A DNA stretch of 64,000 bases, from NCBI GenBank assembly GCA_034101145.1, contig JAXEKG010000003.1:135419-199418 (forward strand), given 5' to 3'. Source of the stretch: Eubacteriales bacterium (GTDB lineage: Bacteria > Bacillota > Clostridia > Oscillospirales > CAG-272). Below the pieces are notes generated by a model. It was given only the letters and a program-made list of their open reading frames with translations, was not told the origin of the DNA and did no database searches. The position numbers and the translations under genes are program-made. This document shows, in pieces, positions 50,356 to 58,448 of the stretch (position 1 is the stretch's first letter; every line of letters starts with the position of its first letter).

Positions 50356-51729
50356 TCAGTTGTCGTCCTTTTCCGCCTTGTGTTCTTTGTCCTCTTCGTC
50401 CTCTTCGCCGTCTTCTTCATCGGCAGGGGGGATAACGGTAACTTCTATTTCGTGCGTCATCTGCTCGTCGGCTTGCGTTACCTTGATTTCGAGGTTTTCA
50501 TATGTCGTTTCGTAACCGGCCTCCGGTATGTTTCCGCAACATTCGGAGAGCCAACCGTTTACCGTCGAGGATTCGAAGTTGCCCTCGTCTTTTATCGAGA
50601 AGAAGTCGAAGAAATCCTCAAGGGACACGCTCGTTTTTACACGGTATTTGTTTTCTCCGCAGGAAACGATGGGCTCTGATTCTACCTCATCCTTTTCGTC
50701 CCATATTTCTCCGACAAGCTCCTCAATGACGTCCTCCATAGTGACGATACCCAGGGTCAGCCCGTATTCGTTAACTACGACTGACATATGGTTATGCTCG
50801 GTCTGCATTTCCTTGAACAGCTTATCAAGACGTATCGTTTCGGGTACGAACTCGGGATCGTGAAGAATATCCGTGAGCTTGAATCCCTCACGGTCGTGCT
50901 TGAGCAGGTATTCGTTTGCGTGCAGGATACCTATGATGTGGTCGACGCTGTCGTTATATACCGGCATCCTCGAGTATCCTTCGTTTTCTATTATGCCGAG
51001 CAAGTCCTTCTCGGATATATCGTCGGGTACAGCCACCAGAGCGCTGCGGTGAGTCATAATATCGGCGGCAGACAGATGCTCGAGCTTGAAAACGTTCTTT
51101 ATGTAGTTTATATCGTCTTGTTTGAGAGTTCCCTCGTCTCCGCCTGCATCGAGCATAATGACGATGTCCTCCTCGGAGACAGCCTCTTCTTTTTCGTTAG
51201 GGTTTATGCCGAACAGACGCAGAACGGCGTTCGTCGATACAGTCAGAAACCATATGATAGGTTTGAGTATAACGGAAAGCCCGGATATTATGCCGCACAC
51301 AGCCCGTGCGAGCTTTTCCTTATGTCTCATGGCAATGCGCTTAGGCACAAGCTCTCCGAGTATAAGGGTAAAGTATGAGAGGATAAGGGTTGTGATGATG
51401 ACGGATACGGTCTGTATCTTGCTTGCGTGAATGGGATTGATATTGAAGGAATCTACGAGCTTTGCGGTGAGTCTGGATGAGAAATTATCCGCCGCAAACG
51501 CAGAACCGAGAAAGCCCGCCAGAGTTATTCCTATCTGTATTGTAGAGAGGAACTGAGTGGGGTCCTTGATGATTTTGAGCATTTTTGATGCTTTTTTGTC
51601 TCCGTCCTCGGCGAGAGCCTTCACTTTGTTTTCGTTTAGGGAAATTACCGCAATTTCCGTTGCGGCAAAGAATGCATTGAGCAGTATGAGTACTAACTGC
51701 AGTAATAATTGTTTTATAATATCAGACAT
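50356..51729 (-). CDS. CNNM/TlyC/CorC-family membrane protein (DUF21 + CBS pair + CorC_HlyC)
   Basis: N-terminal 4-TM DUF21 (LLNAFFAATEIAVISL), CBS region, and a C-terminal transporter-associated domain with an acidic tail. GGAGG SD. Confidence 0.85.
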   Translation of the reverse strand: MSDIIKQLLLQLVLILLNAFFAATEIAVISLNENKVKALAEDGDKKASKMLKIIKDPTQFLSTIQIGITLAGFLGSAFAADNFSSRLTAKLVDSFNINPIHASKIQTVSVIITTLILSYFTLILGELVPKRIAMRHKEKLARAVCGIISGLSVILKPIIWFLTVSTNAVLRLFGINPNEKEEAVSEEDIVIMLDAGGDEGTLKQDDINYIKNVFKLEHLSAADIMTHRSALVAVPDDISEKDLLGIIENEGYSRMPVYNDSVDHIIGILHANEYLLKHDREGFKLTDILHDPEFVPETIRLDKLFKEMQTEHNHMSVVVNEYGLTLGIVTMEDVIEELVGEIWDEKDEVESEPIVSCGENKYRVKTSVSLEDFFDFFSIKDEGNFESSTVNGWLSECCGNIPEAGYETTYENLEIKVTQADEQMTHEIEVTVIPPADEEDGEEDEEDKEHKAEKDDN

Positions 51730-51964
51730 TACAGAGTCCTCCGTTTTTCAGAATTTTACATAAATTAACGCGCGTCCGACGCATGATGAGCAAGGTTCGG
51801 CGAGAGCGCTCGAAAAACGGAATGCAGTGAATAAACGGTGACGGTGAATTCGCCGTCAAAGCCAAATTATCGCAACATCGGGGAATACTGTCCAAAGAAA
51901 AAACAACTCCTTTTTTATGAAAAATATCGTTAATAAGTATATTATTACGGTATACTTGGAGAAT

Positions 51965-51993
51965 ATTTTATCACAATATATCAATATTGTCAA
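51965..51993 (-). promoter_or_regulatory. Putative sigma-A promoter giving a ~230-nt leader for the CNNM gene
   Basis: Minus strand reads TTGACA, 17 nt, TAAAAT. Confidence 0.5.
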
Positions 51994-52203
51994 TACGGGG
52001 CTCGTACATTTCTTTTTAAACAGAAGTTAAATTACAACTCCGAACATTTTTACAAAATACTATCAAAAATAATTAAAAACAAGAGAAACATATATCGGTA
52101 TATTACCGCAAAGACGGGAAAAAATATAACAAAGAGAGATAAAGCAAGGCCGACAATCAATAAAAGCGGTTTTGCAAAATCAAAGCCTCTCGGGAGAATA
52201 AAA

Positions 52204-52740
52204 ATGTCAAAAAAATATAGTGCGCCGTGCCTTATAAAGCACCCGATAATAACAACGGCCGTTCTCGGACTTGCCTCAGTCGGTCTTTACGGTATCGTCA
52301 GCGCCGTGAAAAAGCAGAAGAACCGCGTGTCACAAACGATGAAAAAATGCTCGGCAGAATGTTTGAAAAAATGCGAAGATATGTGTAATAACATATGTAC
52401 TTGCCTGTGCAATAAAATGGAGAGTATGAACTGCAAACAGAACTCATCGGATAATACCTCCGAGAATCAGGGCGGCCAAGGCAGCAGCCAAGCCGGTCAA
52501 AGCAGTCAGGGCAACCAAGGCAGCAGCCAAGGCAGCGGTCAAAGCAGTCAGGACAACCAGAGCGGTCAGGGCAGCCAAGGCAGTCAGGGCAGCCAGAGCA
52601 GCCAAGGCAGTCAGGACAACCAGAGCAGTCAGGGCAGTCAGAGCAGTCAGGGCAGCCAAGGCAGCGGTCAAAGCAGTCAGGGCAGTCAGAGCGGCGAAAA
52701 CAAAAAAAGCAAAAAAAATCAAAAAAACTCGGAAGAGTAA
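52204..52740 (+). CDS. Membrane-anchored Cys-rich protein with long S/Q/G low-complexity repeat
   Basis: GGGAGAA SD. One TM helix (IITTAVLGLASVGLYGIVSAV), 8 Cys in about 30 aa (CSAECLKKCEDMCNNICTCLCNKMESMNC), then about 80 aa of (G/S)SQG-type repeats and a K-rich end. Confidence 0.6.
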   Translation: MSKKYSAPCLIKHPIITTAVLGLASVGLYGIVSAVKKQKNRVSQTMKKCSAECLKKCEDMCNNICTCLCNKMESMNCKQNSSDNTSENQGGQGSSQAGQSSQGNQGSSQGSGQSSQDNQSGQGSQGSQGSQSSQGSQDNQSSQGSQSSQGSQGSGQSSQGSQSGENKKSKKNQKNSEE

Positions 52741-52743
52741 AAA

Positions 52744-52795
52744 CGAAGCTGTAAATCATAAATGGTTATCAATCATGATTTACAGCTTTATTTAC
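52744..52795. terminator. Bidirectional terminator
   Basis: AGCTGTAAATCAT...ATGATTTACAGCT (13-bp arms), T-rich on both sides. Lies between convergent genes. Confidence 0.75.
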
Positions 52796-52805
52796 GTAAT
52801 ATATT

Positions 52806-53567
52806 TTATATACTGCGAGAGCGTTTAAGATTGCCTATAACCTTACCGCAACAGATAAAATCCGTGAAACGGCTCAGCGGGATATCGTCGTAGTTCGGGT
52901 TCAGGGAATGGAGATATTTACCCATAAAGCGTTTGAAGTAACCTTCGCCGTCACCAATGAAGATGCCGAGCTCACCTTTTTCCACATAGTTCTGCTTCTG
53001 TACGAGGAGAATGTCGCCGTTACGGAATGTCGGTTCCATACTGTTCCCGCTGACTTTTAGGGCGAAGTCCGCATTCTTGGTCGTGTAGTTGGCACGTACC
53101 TGAATATTCTCGCTGTCGCTGTTGTCGAGCGTTACACCCGTGCCTGCCGATACGGGCAGAAGGAAGAGCGGGAGAGTTACGTATTCACATTCTCCGCGTC
53201 CGTCGTCCATAGCAACGTCGGAGAGCTTTTTATCATTCTTCTCACTGACTCTTTCAATTTCCTTATCTATCATGAGACAGACCATGTTTTTGCCTCTCTC
53301 ATCGAGCATGCGGTAGTTCTCGACGAGGGTTTTCTCCTCGGGCATAAGTTCACCCGACGAGGACGGCTTACCGCTCGCCATGGCGTCCACGGAGCATTCC
53401 AGCGACTGCGCTATTTTAACGGCTATACCGAGCTTGGGCTCTTCTATTGCTCCTGACAAAAGCTTTGATAGCGTACCGACGGGTATCCCCGTGGATGCTG
53501 ACAAATCCGAGGTCGTTATCCCTCTTTCCCCTTTGATTCTTTTCAGATTCTTTATAAAATCATTCAT
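52806..53567 (-). CDS. XRE-HTH / S24 peptidase repressor (LexA/CI-like)
   Basis: N-terminal HTH (ERGITTSDLSASTGIPVGTLSKLLSG). The C-terminal SGNSMEPTFRNGDILLV...GYFKRF carries the Ser and Lys of the S24 autopeptidase. AAAGGGG SD precedes ATG 53567. Confidence 0.8.
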   Translation of the reverse strand: MNDFIKNLKRIKGERGITTSDLSASTGIPVGTLSKLLSGAIEEPKLGIAVKIAQSLECSVDAMASGKPSSSGELMPEEKTLVENYRMLDERGKNMVCLMIDKEIERVSEKNDKKLSDVAMDDGRGECEYVTLPLFLLPVSAGTGVTLDNSDSENIQVRANYTTKNADFALKVSGNSMEPTFRNGDILLVQKQNYVEKGELGIFIGDGEGYFKRFMGKYLHSLNPNYDDIPLSRFTDFICCGKVIGNLKRSRSI

Positions 53568-53657
53568 ATGGATACCCCTTTCTTTTCGGCATTGCATATC
53601 ACGTGTTTTCCATTTTATGAATTTTTGGCAGATATATTTTCCATTAGTGGTAAAACC

Positions 53658-53686
53658 ATTGTAACATATGATTTTTGATTTGTAAA
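53658..53686 (-). promoter_or_regulatory. Putative promoter of the XRE-S24 gene
   Basis: Minus strand reads TTTACA, 17 nt, TACAAT. Confidence 0.45.
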
Positions 53687-53867
53687 TAGTTTTGACGAAA
53701 AAAGTCGAAAAATTTTTGTGTATGGGTCCGGAAAAATAAAAAAGGATATAGGCACTCGGCTTACATCCTCTTTTTTTATTCTTTCAAAGCAGTCTCCGGT
53801 TTTGGCGTAATCAAACGAAAGCATCATTTAAGAGTAGATTGAACCGAAGAAATTGTCAAGCTATTCG

Positions 53868-55142
53868 TTATTCAAAACAAGCCCGAATCACTTCGATGAT
53901 GCGTTCTTGTTCATCTGCGGTCATCTTGTTGTCGCTCGGCAGACATAAGCCGCGCTCGAATATATCCGCGCCGACGTCTGTTGCGCCACCCGCGATATAT
54001 GCGTTGGTACGGCAACGAATCGTTCCTTCTCTTCCGACGGCTTCATGCATTCTGTACATGGGCTGCATATGCATGGGCTTCCAGATAGGTCTTCCTTCGG
54101 CATTTAAGGAAGCGATTGCCTTAAGAATTTCGGTCGGACAGGTTTTGCCCTTTTCGGGAATATACAAAGCCCTTGCGTCATCCCTGACTTGCTTGCACAT
54201 ATATTCTTTGTCAATAATCAAAGCGGAGAGCCAATAGTTCGGCTCCGAATCCGCTACTATCGGATTCATGTGTACGGGCAAATCACTCAGACCGTCACGG
54301 TAACGCTCGTAAATCGCTTTTTTCTGTGCTATATGCTCTTCCAGGTGAGAGTATTGTCCGCGAATGACGCCTGCAACCACGTTGCTCATGCGATAATTGT
54401 AGCCGACCTCTTCATGCTGATACCAGAAAGCGTTTTCGCGGGCCTGCGTGGACCACTTGCGCGCCTTGTTGGCGACTTCAATATCGTCGGTGAGCAAGCA
54501 TCCGCCTGCGGACCCCGTAATAATTTTATTTCCGTTATAGCTGATTGCGGAATAATCGCCGAATGAACCGCACTGCTTGCCGTGGAACGTTGCACCCATA
54601 GCCTCTGCGGCGTCCTCAATGAGAAGAGCTCCGTGCTTTTCGCATATTTTCTTTATCAGATCCATTCGTCCCGGAAAACCGTAAAGCTCCGCACAAACAA
54701 CCAACTTTACGTCGGGATATAACTCAAAGGCTTTTTCCAGTGCCGACGGGTCCATATTCCACGATTGTGCTTCCGTATCGATAAACACGGGAATACCGCC
54801 CTCGTATACGACGGGATTAAGAGTGGCGGCGAAAGTCATATCAGAGCAGAAAACACGCTTGCCCTCGAGGGCTCCGTGGCTGATTGCGGGTTTCCCGTAA
54901 AGCGTTTCTCCCGCCGACTTGACGCAAAGATGAAGCGCCGCCGTACAGCAGGAAAGAGCAACCGCATATTTCATCCCCGCTTTTTCTGCCGCAATGCGCT
55001 CAACCTCGTTGATATTGGCGCCGACGGTGGACATCCAGTTTGTCTCATATGCCTCCATTACATATTTCAGCTCTTCGCCGTGCATGGTCGGCGATGAGAG
55101 CCATATCTTTTTGTCAAAAGGCTTTATATTTGAATTATACAT
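53868..55142 (-). CDS. DegT/DnrJ/EryC1/StrS-family PLP-dependent sugar aminotransferase
   Basis: 424 aa. NGNKIITGSAGGCLL (PLP-Lys region), and a typical N-terminal ...SSPTMHGEELKYVMEAYETNW. Confidence 0.88.
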   Translation of the reverse strand: MYNSNIKPFDKKIWLSSPTMHGEELKYVMEAYETNWMSTVGANINEVERIAAEKAGMKYAVALSCCTAALHLCVKSAGETLYGKPAISHGALEGKRVFCSDMTFAATLNPVVYEGGIPVFIDTEAQSWNMDPSALEKAFELYPDVKLVVCAELYGFPGRMDLIKKICEKHGALLIEDAAEAMGATFHGKQCGSFGDYSAISYNGNKIITGSAGGCLLTDDIEVANKARKWSTQARENAFWYQHEEVGYNYRMSNVVAGVIRGQYSHLEEHIAQKKAIYERYRDGLSDLPVHMNPIVADSEPNYWLSALIIDKEYMCKQVRDDARALYIPEKGKTCPTEILKAIASLNAEGRPIWKPMHMQPMYRMHEAVGREGTIRCRTNAYIAGGATDVGADIFERGLCLPSDNKMTADEQERIIEVIRACFE

Positions 55143-55411
55143 TCGTTACGTCCTTTCAAACAATCCCGTTGAGATTGCTTTAACCGCATATCGTATTTAC
55201 GTATGTAAGCTATTACATAAGTATATATTAATAACGGTTTTTTGTCAATAGAAGGATTTTATATAAGAATATTTGCACCGTTCGGAAAATTCGGTTTTTC
55301 GACAAAAAAGCAAAAGAACGATAATCCCCTGCTTTTTATAATCCGAAACAATACGATTATGTGCAACATTCCCATGTGTTGCGAGCGCGGTATTGCATAA
55401 AGGTGTTTGAG

Positions 55412-57007
55412 TTATACGCGTGGGGAGACTGAGGATAAGTATTCCTCGTAGGTTCCGCTGAAATCGCGTATTCCTCCGTCGGGGAGAAGCTCTATTATGC
55501 GGTTTGCCACTGTGTTCATCATCTCGAAGTCGTGTGTTGAAAGAATGACGTTACCCTTGAAGTCGGAGAGCCCGTTGTTGACCGCCGTTATGGATTCGAG
55601 GTCCAGGTGGTCGGTTGGGTTGTCGAGCATAAGCATATTCGAGCCGAAGAGCATCATGCGCGCGAACATACATCTGACTTTCTCTCCTCCCGAAAGCACG
55701 TTTACCGCTTTGAAAACGCTGTCTCCCGAAAAAAGCATTCTGCCGAGAAAGCCGCGCAGATATGTCTCCGTCTGATCCTTTGAATACTGTCTCATCCAGT
55801 CGAGTATATTCTCTTTTTTTCCCTCAAAATATTTTGTATTATCGTGGGGGAAGTAGGAACGGGTAATGCTGACGCCCCATTTGAATGAGCCCTCGAAGTC
55901 CTCGTCCTCCTCCGCAAGTATTCTGAAGAGGGCGGTTATTGCGCGCTCGTTGCCGACCAGGGCAATTTTATCCCCTTTATTCACCGTGAAGGTAACGTTT
56001 TCAAAAAGCCTTACTCCGTCGGCAGTCTTTGAAAGCTCCTTGACGAAGAGAATATCCTTGCCCGCCTCTCTGTCCATATCGAAGCCGATGAACGGATATC
56101 TTCTGCTTGAAGCGGGGAGCTCCTCGACGGTCAGCTTGTCGAGAAGTTTACGGCGGGAGGTCGCCTGTTTTGATTTCGATTTGTTTGCGGAGAAACGGGA
56201 TATGAAGGATTGAAGCTCGCGTATCTTCTCTTCGTTCTTTTTGTTTTGCTGTTTCATAAGCCGCTGTATAAGCTGGCTTGATTCATACCAGAACTCATAG
56301 TTTCCGACGTACATTTTTATTCCGCCGTAGTCTATATCCACGATGTTGGTGCATACGTCGTTGAGAAAATGACGGTCGTGCGATACAACCAGGACCGTGC
56401 CGAAATAGCCGGATAAAAAGTCCTCCAGCCAGGATACGGCGGATATATCCAGACCGTTGGTCGGCTCATCGAGCAGTATTATTTCCGGGTTGCCGAACAG
56501 CGCCTGTGCAAGCAGGACCTTAACCTTTTCACTTTCTTTAAGCTCCGACATTTTCAGATAAAGATAGGATTCGTCGAGCCCAAGGCCCAAAAGAAGCTTT
56601 GACGCATCGGATTCGGATTCCCATCCGCCCATCTCCGCATATTCGCCTTCAAGCTCGGAGGCAATGATTCCGTCTTCGTCGGTAAAATCCTCCTTTTCAT
56701 ACAGGGCGTCCTTTTGTTTTCCGATTTCGTAGAGGCGCATATTGCCCATTATTATCGTGTCGAGCACCGAGTATTCCTCGTACGCATAGTGATTCTGACG
56801 CAGAACGGACATACGTACGTTTTCCGGTATGCTGACAGTCCCTTTGCTCGGTTCCAGCTCGTTGCAGAGCAGTCTTAAGAAGGTGGATTTTCCCGCTCCG
56901 TTTGCTCCGATTATTCCGTAGCAGTTGCCGGGGGTGAACTTCAGATTCACGTCCTTGAAAAGCGTTTGCGTTCCGAAGTTGAAAGAAAGATCGGTAATGG
57001 TTATCAT
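55412..57007 (-). CDS. ABC-F family ATPase with one degenerate ATP site
   Basis: Two NBDs with no TMD. NBD1 has GANGAGKST and ILLDEPT, but its signature is MSELKESEK. NBD2 has VGNERAIT in place of Walker A and MLMLDNPT in place of D-E, with a canonical LSGGEK signature. Confidence 0.88.
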   Translation of the reverse strand: MITITDLSFNFGTQTLFKDVNLKFTPGNCYGIIGANGAGKSTFLRLLCNELEPSKGTVSIPENVRMSVLRQNHYAYEEYSVLDTIIMGNMRLYEIGKQKDALYEKEDFTDEDGIIASELEGEYAEMGGWESESDASKLLLGLGLDESYLYLKMSELKESEKVKVLLAQALFGNPEIILLDEPTNGLDISAVSWLEDFLSGYFGTVLVVSHDRHFLNDVCTNIVDIDYGGIKMYVGNYEFWYESSQLIQRLMKQQNKKNEEKIRELQSFISRFSANKSKSKQATSRRKLLDKLTVEELPASSRRYPFIGFDMDREAGKDILFVKELSKTADGVRLFENVTFTVNKGDKIALVGNERAITALFRILAEEDEDFEGSFKWGVSITRSYFPHDNTKYFEGKKENILDWMRQYSKDQTETYLRGFLGRMLFSGDSVFKAVNVLSGGEKVRCMFARMMLFGSNMLMLDNPTDHLDLESITAVNNGLSDFKGNVILSTHDFEMMNTVANRIIELLPDGGIRDFSGTYEEYLSSVSPRV

Positions 57008-57088
57008 TGTATTATCCTTACTTGAATTTTATTTTCGTGATTTGCTCGTTGTTTTTCGAGAGCGCCGTGAGGGCTCGGCGTTTTCGGC

Positions 57089-58255
57089 CTAAGCGTTATT
57101 TATGTCTTTTCCGGTGAGAGCCATGTATGCGGCGCGGAAAGCGCTCGCCGCCTCCGTGCGTTTTGCCCTGTTTCTCGAGGTCATATCGCCTAAGAACTTT
57201 CTGAATACCTCCCCGAGGATGCTCTTGTCGTTTTTCAGGTCATCGCACTCAAAGGTCGGCGCGGTCTCGTTGACGCATACGATAGAGAAAAGAGGAGGAT
57301 GTATATACGTCGGATGCTTGGTTATGATGACGTCGGGACTTACCGAACCGGTTATAATCGCTCGCACGGAGGTGTGAGTATCGAATTTCTTCGTTGTAAG
57401 GACGTCGAGAATTTTGTTTTCCGCTTCTGCCGTACTTTTCGCTCCATCCGCATTTACAGTTATGCTCTCGTATCTGTGGATTTTCGTTTCTTTGCGTCTC
57501 GCCGTCAGAGTATAGTCAGACGTTTTTGATTCTCCGTCCGACTCCGTTCTGTCTACGGTGATGAGAATATAGCTTCCCCATCCCGTCTCGTCGAACCCCC
57601 GACCGTCGAAAAAGCCCGAAAAAGAGTATGAATATCCGTCGCCGTGCTTTATTCCCGCCGACTTATGATTGTGTGAGAAGGCATAAAAATCCGCGCCAAA
57701 GTCCTTCATATCCTCTGCCGTTACCGAGAACGAGGAGCCTATCGGGTTGTTTATATCGCAGTGCCCCATAACGATTTTAGGCAGCTCTGATTTCTGCGCT
57801 TTTCTGTCAGAGAGGGGCTGATTGCTTTTTGCTTTCTTTTTTGCGGACCACCCGTATATTTCGAGCTTTTTTTCGCTTAACACGATTCTTTTGGGCGATG
57901 AAGAGGTGAAAACGGTTACGTTATCGGGAAGAAGCCCGCTCTGCCATAGCGGACAGCCGAAGTCACTCTCTCCCGGCGCTATGAAAAATACGACGTCGGG
58001 ATTTTTGAAAAACAGCTCTCTCACCGCGTCTGCGGTCTTTTGGTCGGGTGAGTCGGAATCGAACAAATCTCCGGTTATCAGAACGACGCTGACGCCGTTT
58101 TTTATTTCTGCCGTTACCGCATTGACAAAACCGCAGAGAAGCGCGCTGCGACATACGGAGGCAAGATCCTCGGGAAGAGAACGGTAAGCCCCTCCGAGAT
58201 GAACGTCTCCGAGCTGCATTATTTTGATTTTATTTGCGTTTATCGCATTTGCCAT
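57089..58255 (-). CDS. Calcineurin-like metallophosphoesterase (YhaO/SbcD-like)
   Basis: IMQLGDVHLG, LITGDLFD, and GHCD/SHNH metal-ligand motifs. GGAGG SD precedes ATG 58255. No SbcC/YhaN-like ATPase partner is in the window. Confidence 0.75.
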   Translation of the reverse strand: MANAINANKIKIMQLGDVHLGGAYRSLPEDLASVCRSALLCGFVNAVTAEIKNGVSVVLITGDLFDSDSPDQKTADAVRELFFKNPDVVFFIAPGESDFGCPLWQSGLLPDNVTVFTSSSPKRIVLSEKKLEIYGWSAKKKAKSNQPLSDRKAQKSELPKIVMGHCDINNPIGSSFSVTAEDMKDFGADFYAFSHNHKSAGIKHGDGYSYSFSGFFDGRGFDETGWGSYILITVDRTESDGESKTSDYTLTARRKETKIHRYESITVNADGAKSTAEAENKILDVLTTKKFDTHTSVRAIITGSVSPDVIITKHPTYIHPPLFSIVCVNETAPTFECDDLKNDKSILGEVFRKFLGDMTSRNRAKRTEAASAFRAAYMALTGKDINNA

Positions 58256-58448
58256 AACGAGCCTCCGCACAACGAACCGATTTGACGTTTAACGATTATA
58301 AGTATATCATAATCGACAGGATTATGCAACAAAATGTATAAAATATCTTTTTTGCCCTCTTGCGACAAAAGAAAAACCGTGATATACTTGTATTAAAGAC
58401 AAAATTAAAAAATCAACGGAAAACCATAGATAACCGGAGGCAGATGAA

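Noticed and set aside
50071-50679. 202-aa plus-strand ORF
   Set aside because: It runs through the tRNA-Thr gene and its promoter and is antisense to the CNNM gene. It is not credible.
51760-51910. Short similarities to the M-box (GTTCGGCGAGAGC vs GUUAGGUGAGGCU; TGTCCAAAGA) on the plus strand
   Set aside because: They lie on the wrong strand for the CNNM gene. Spacing does not match the M-box consensus as I remember it. The downstream plus-strand gene is a repeat protein about 300 nt away.
52298-52759. Minus-strand ORFs (Cys/Pro/Asp-rich and ALTALTAL-type) antisense to the S/Q/G repeat gene
   Set aside because: The frames are open only because of the repeat. The plus-strand ORF has an SD, a TM helix and a downstream terminator. 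Strand choice remains slightly uncertain.
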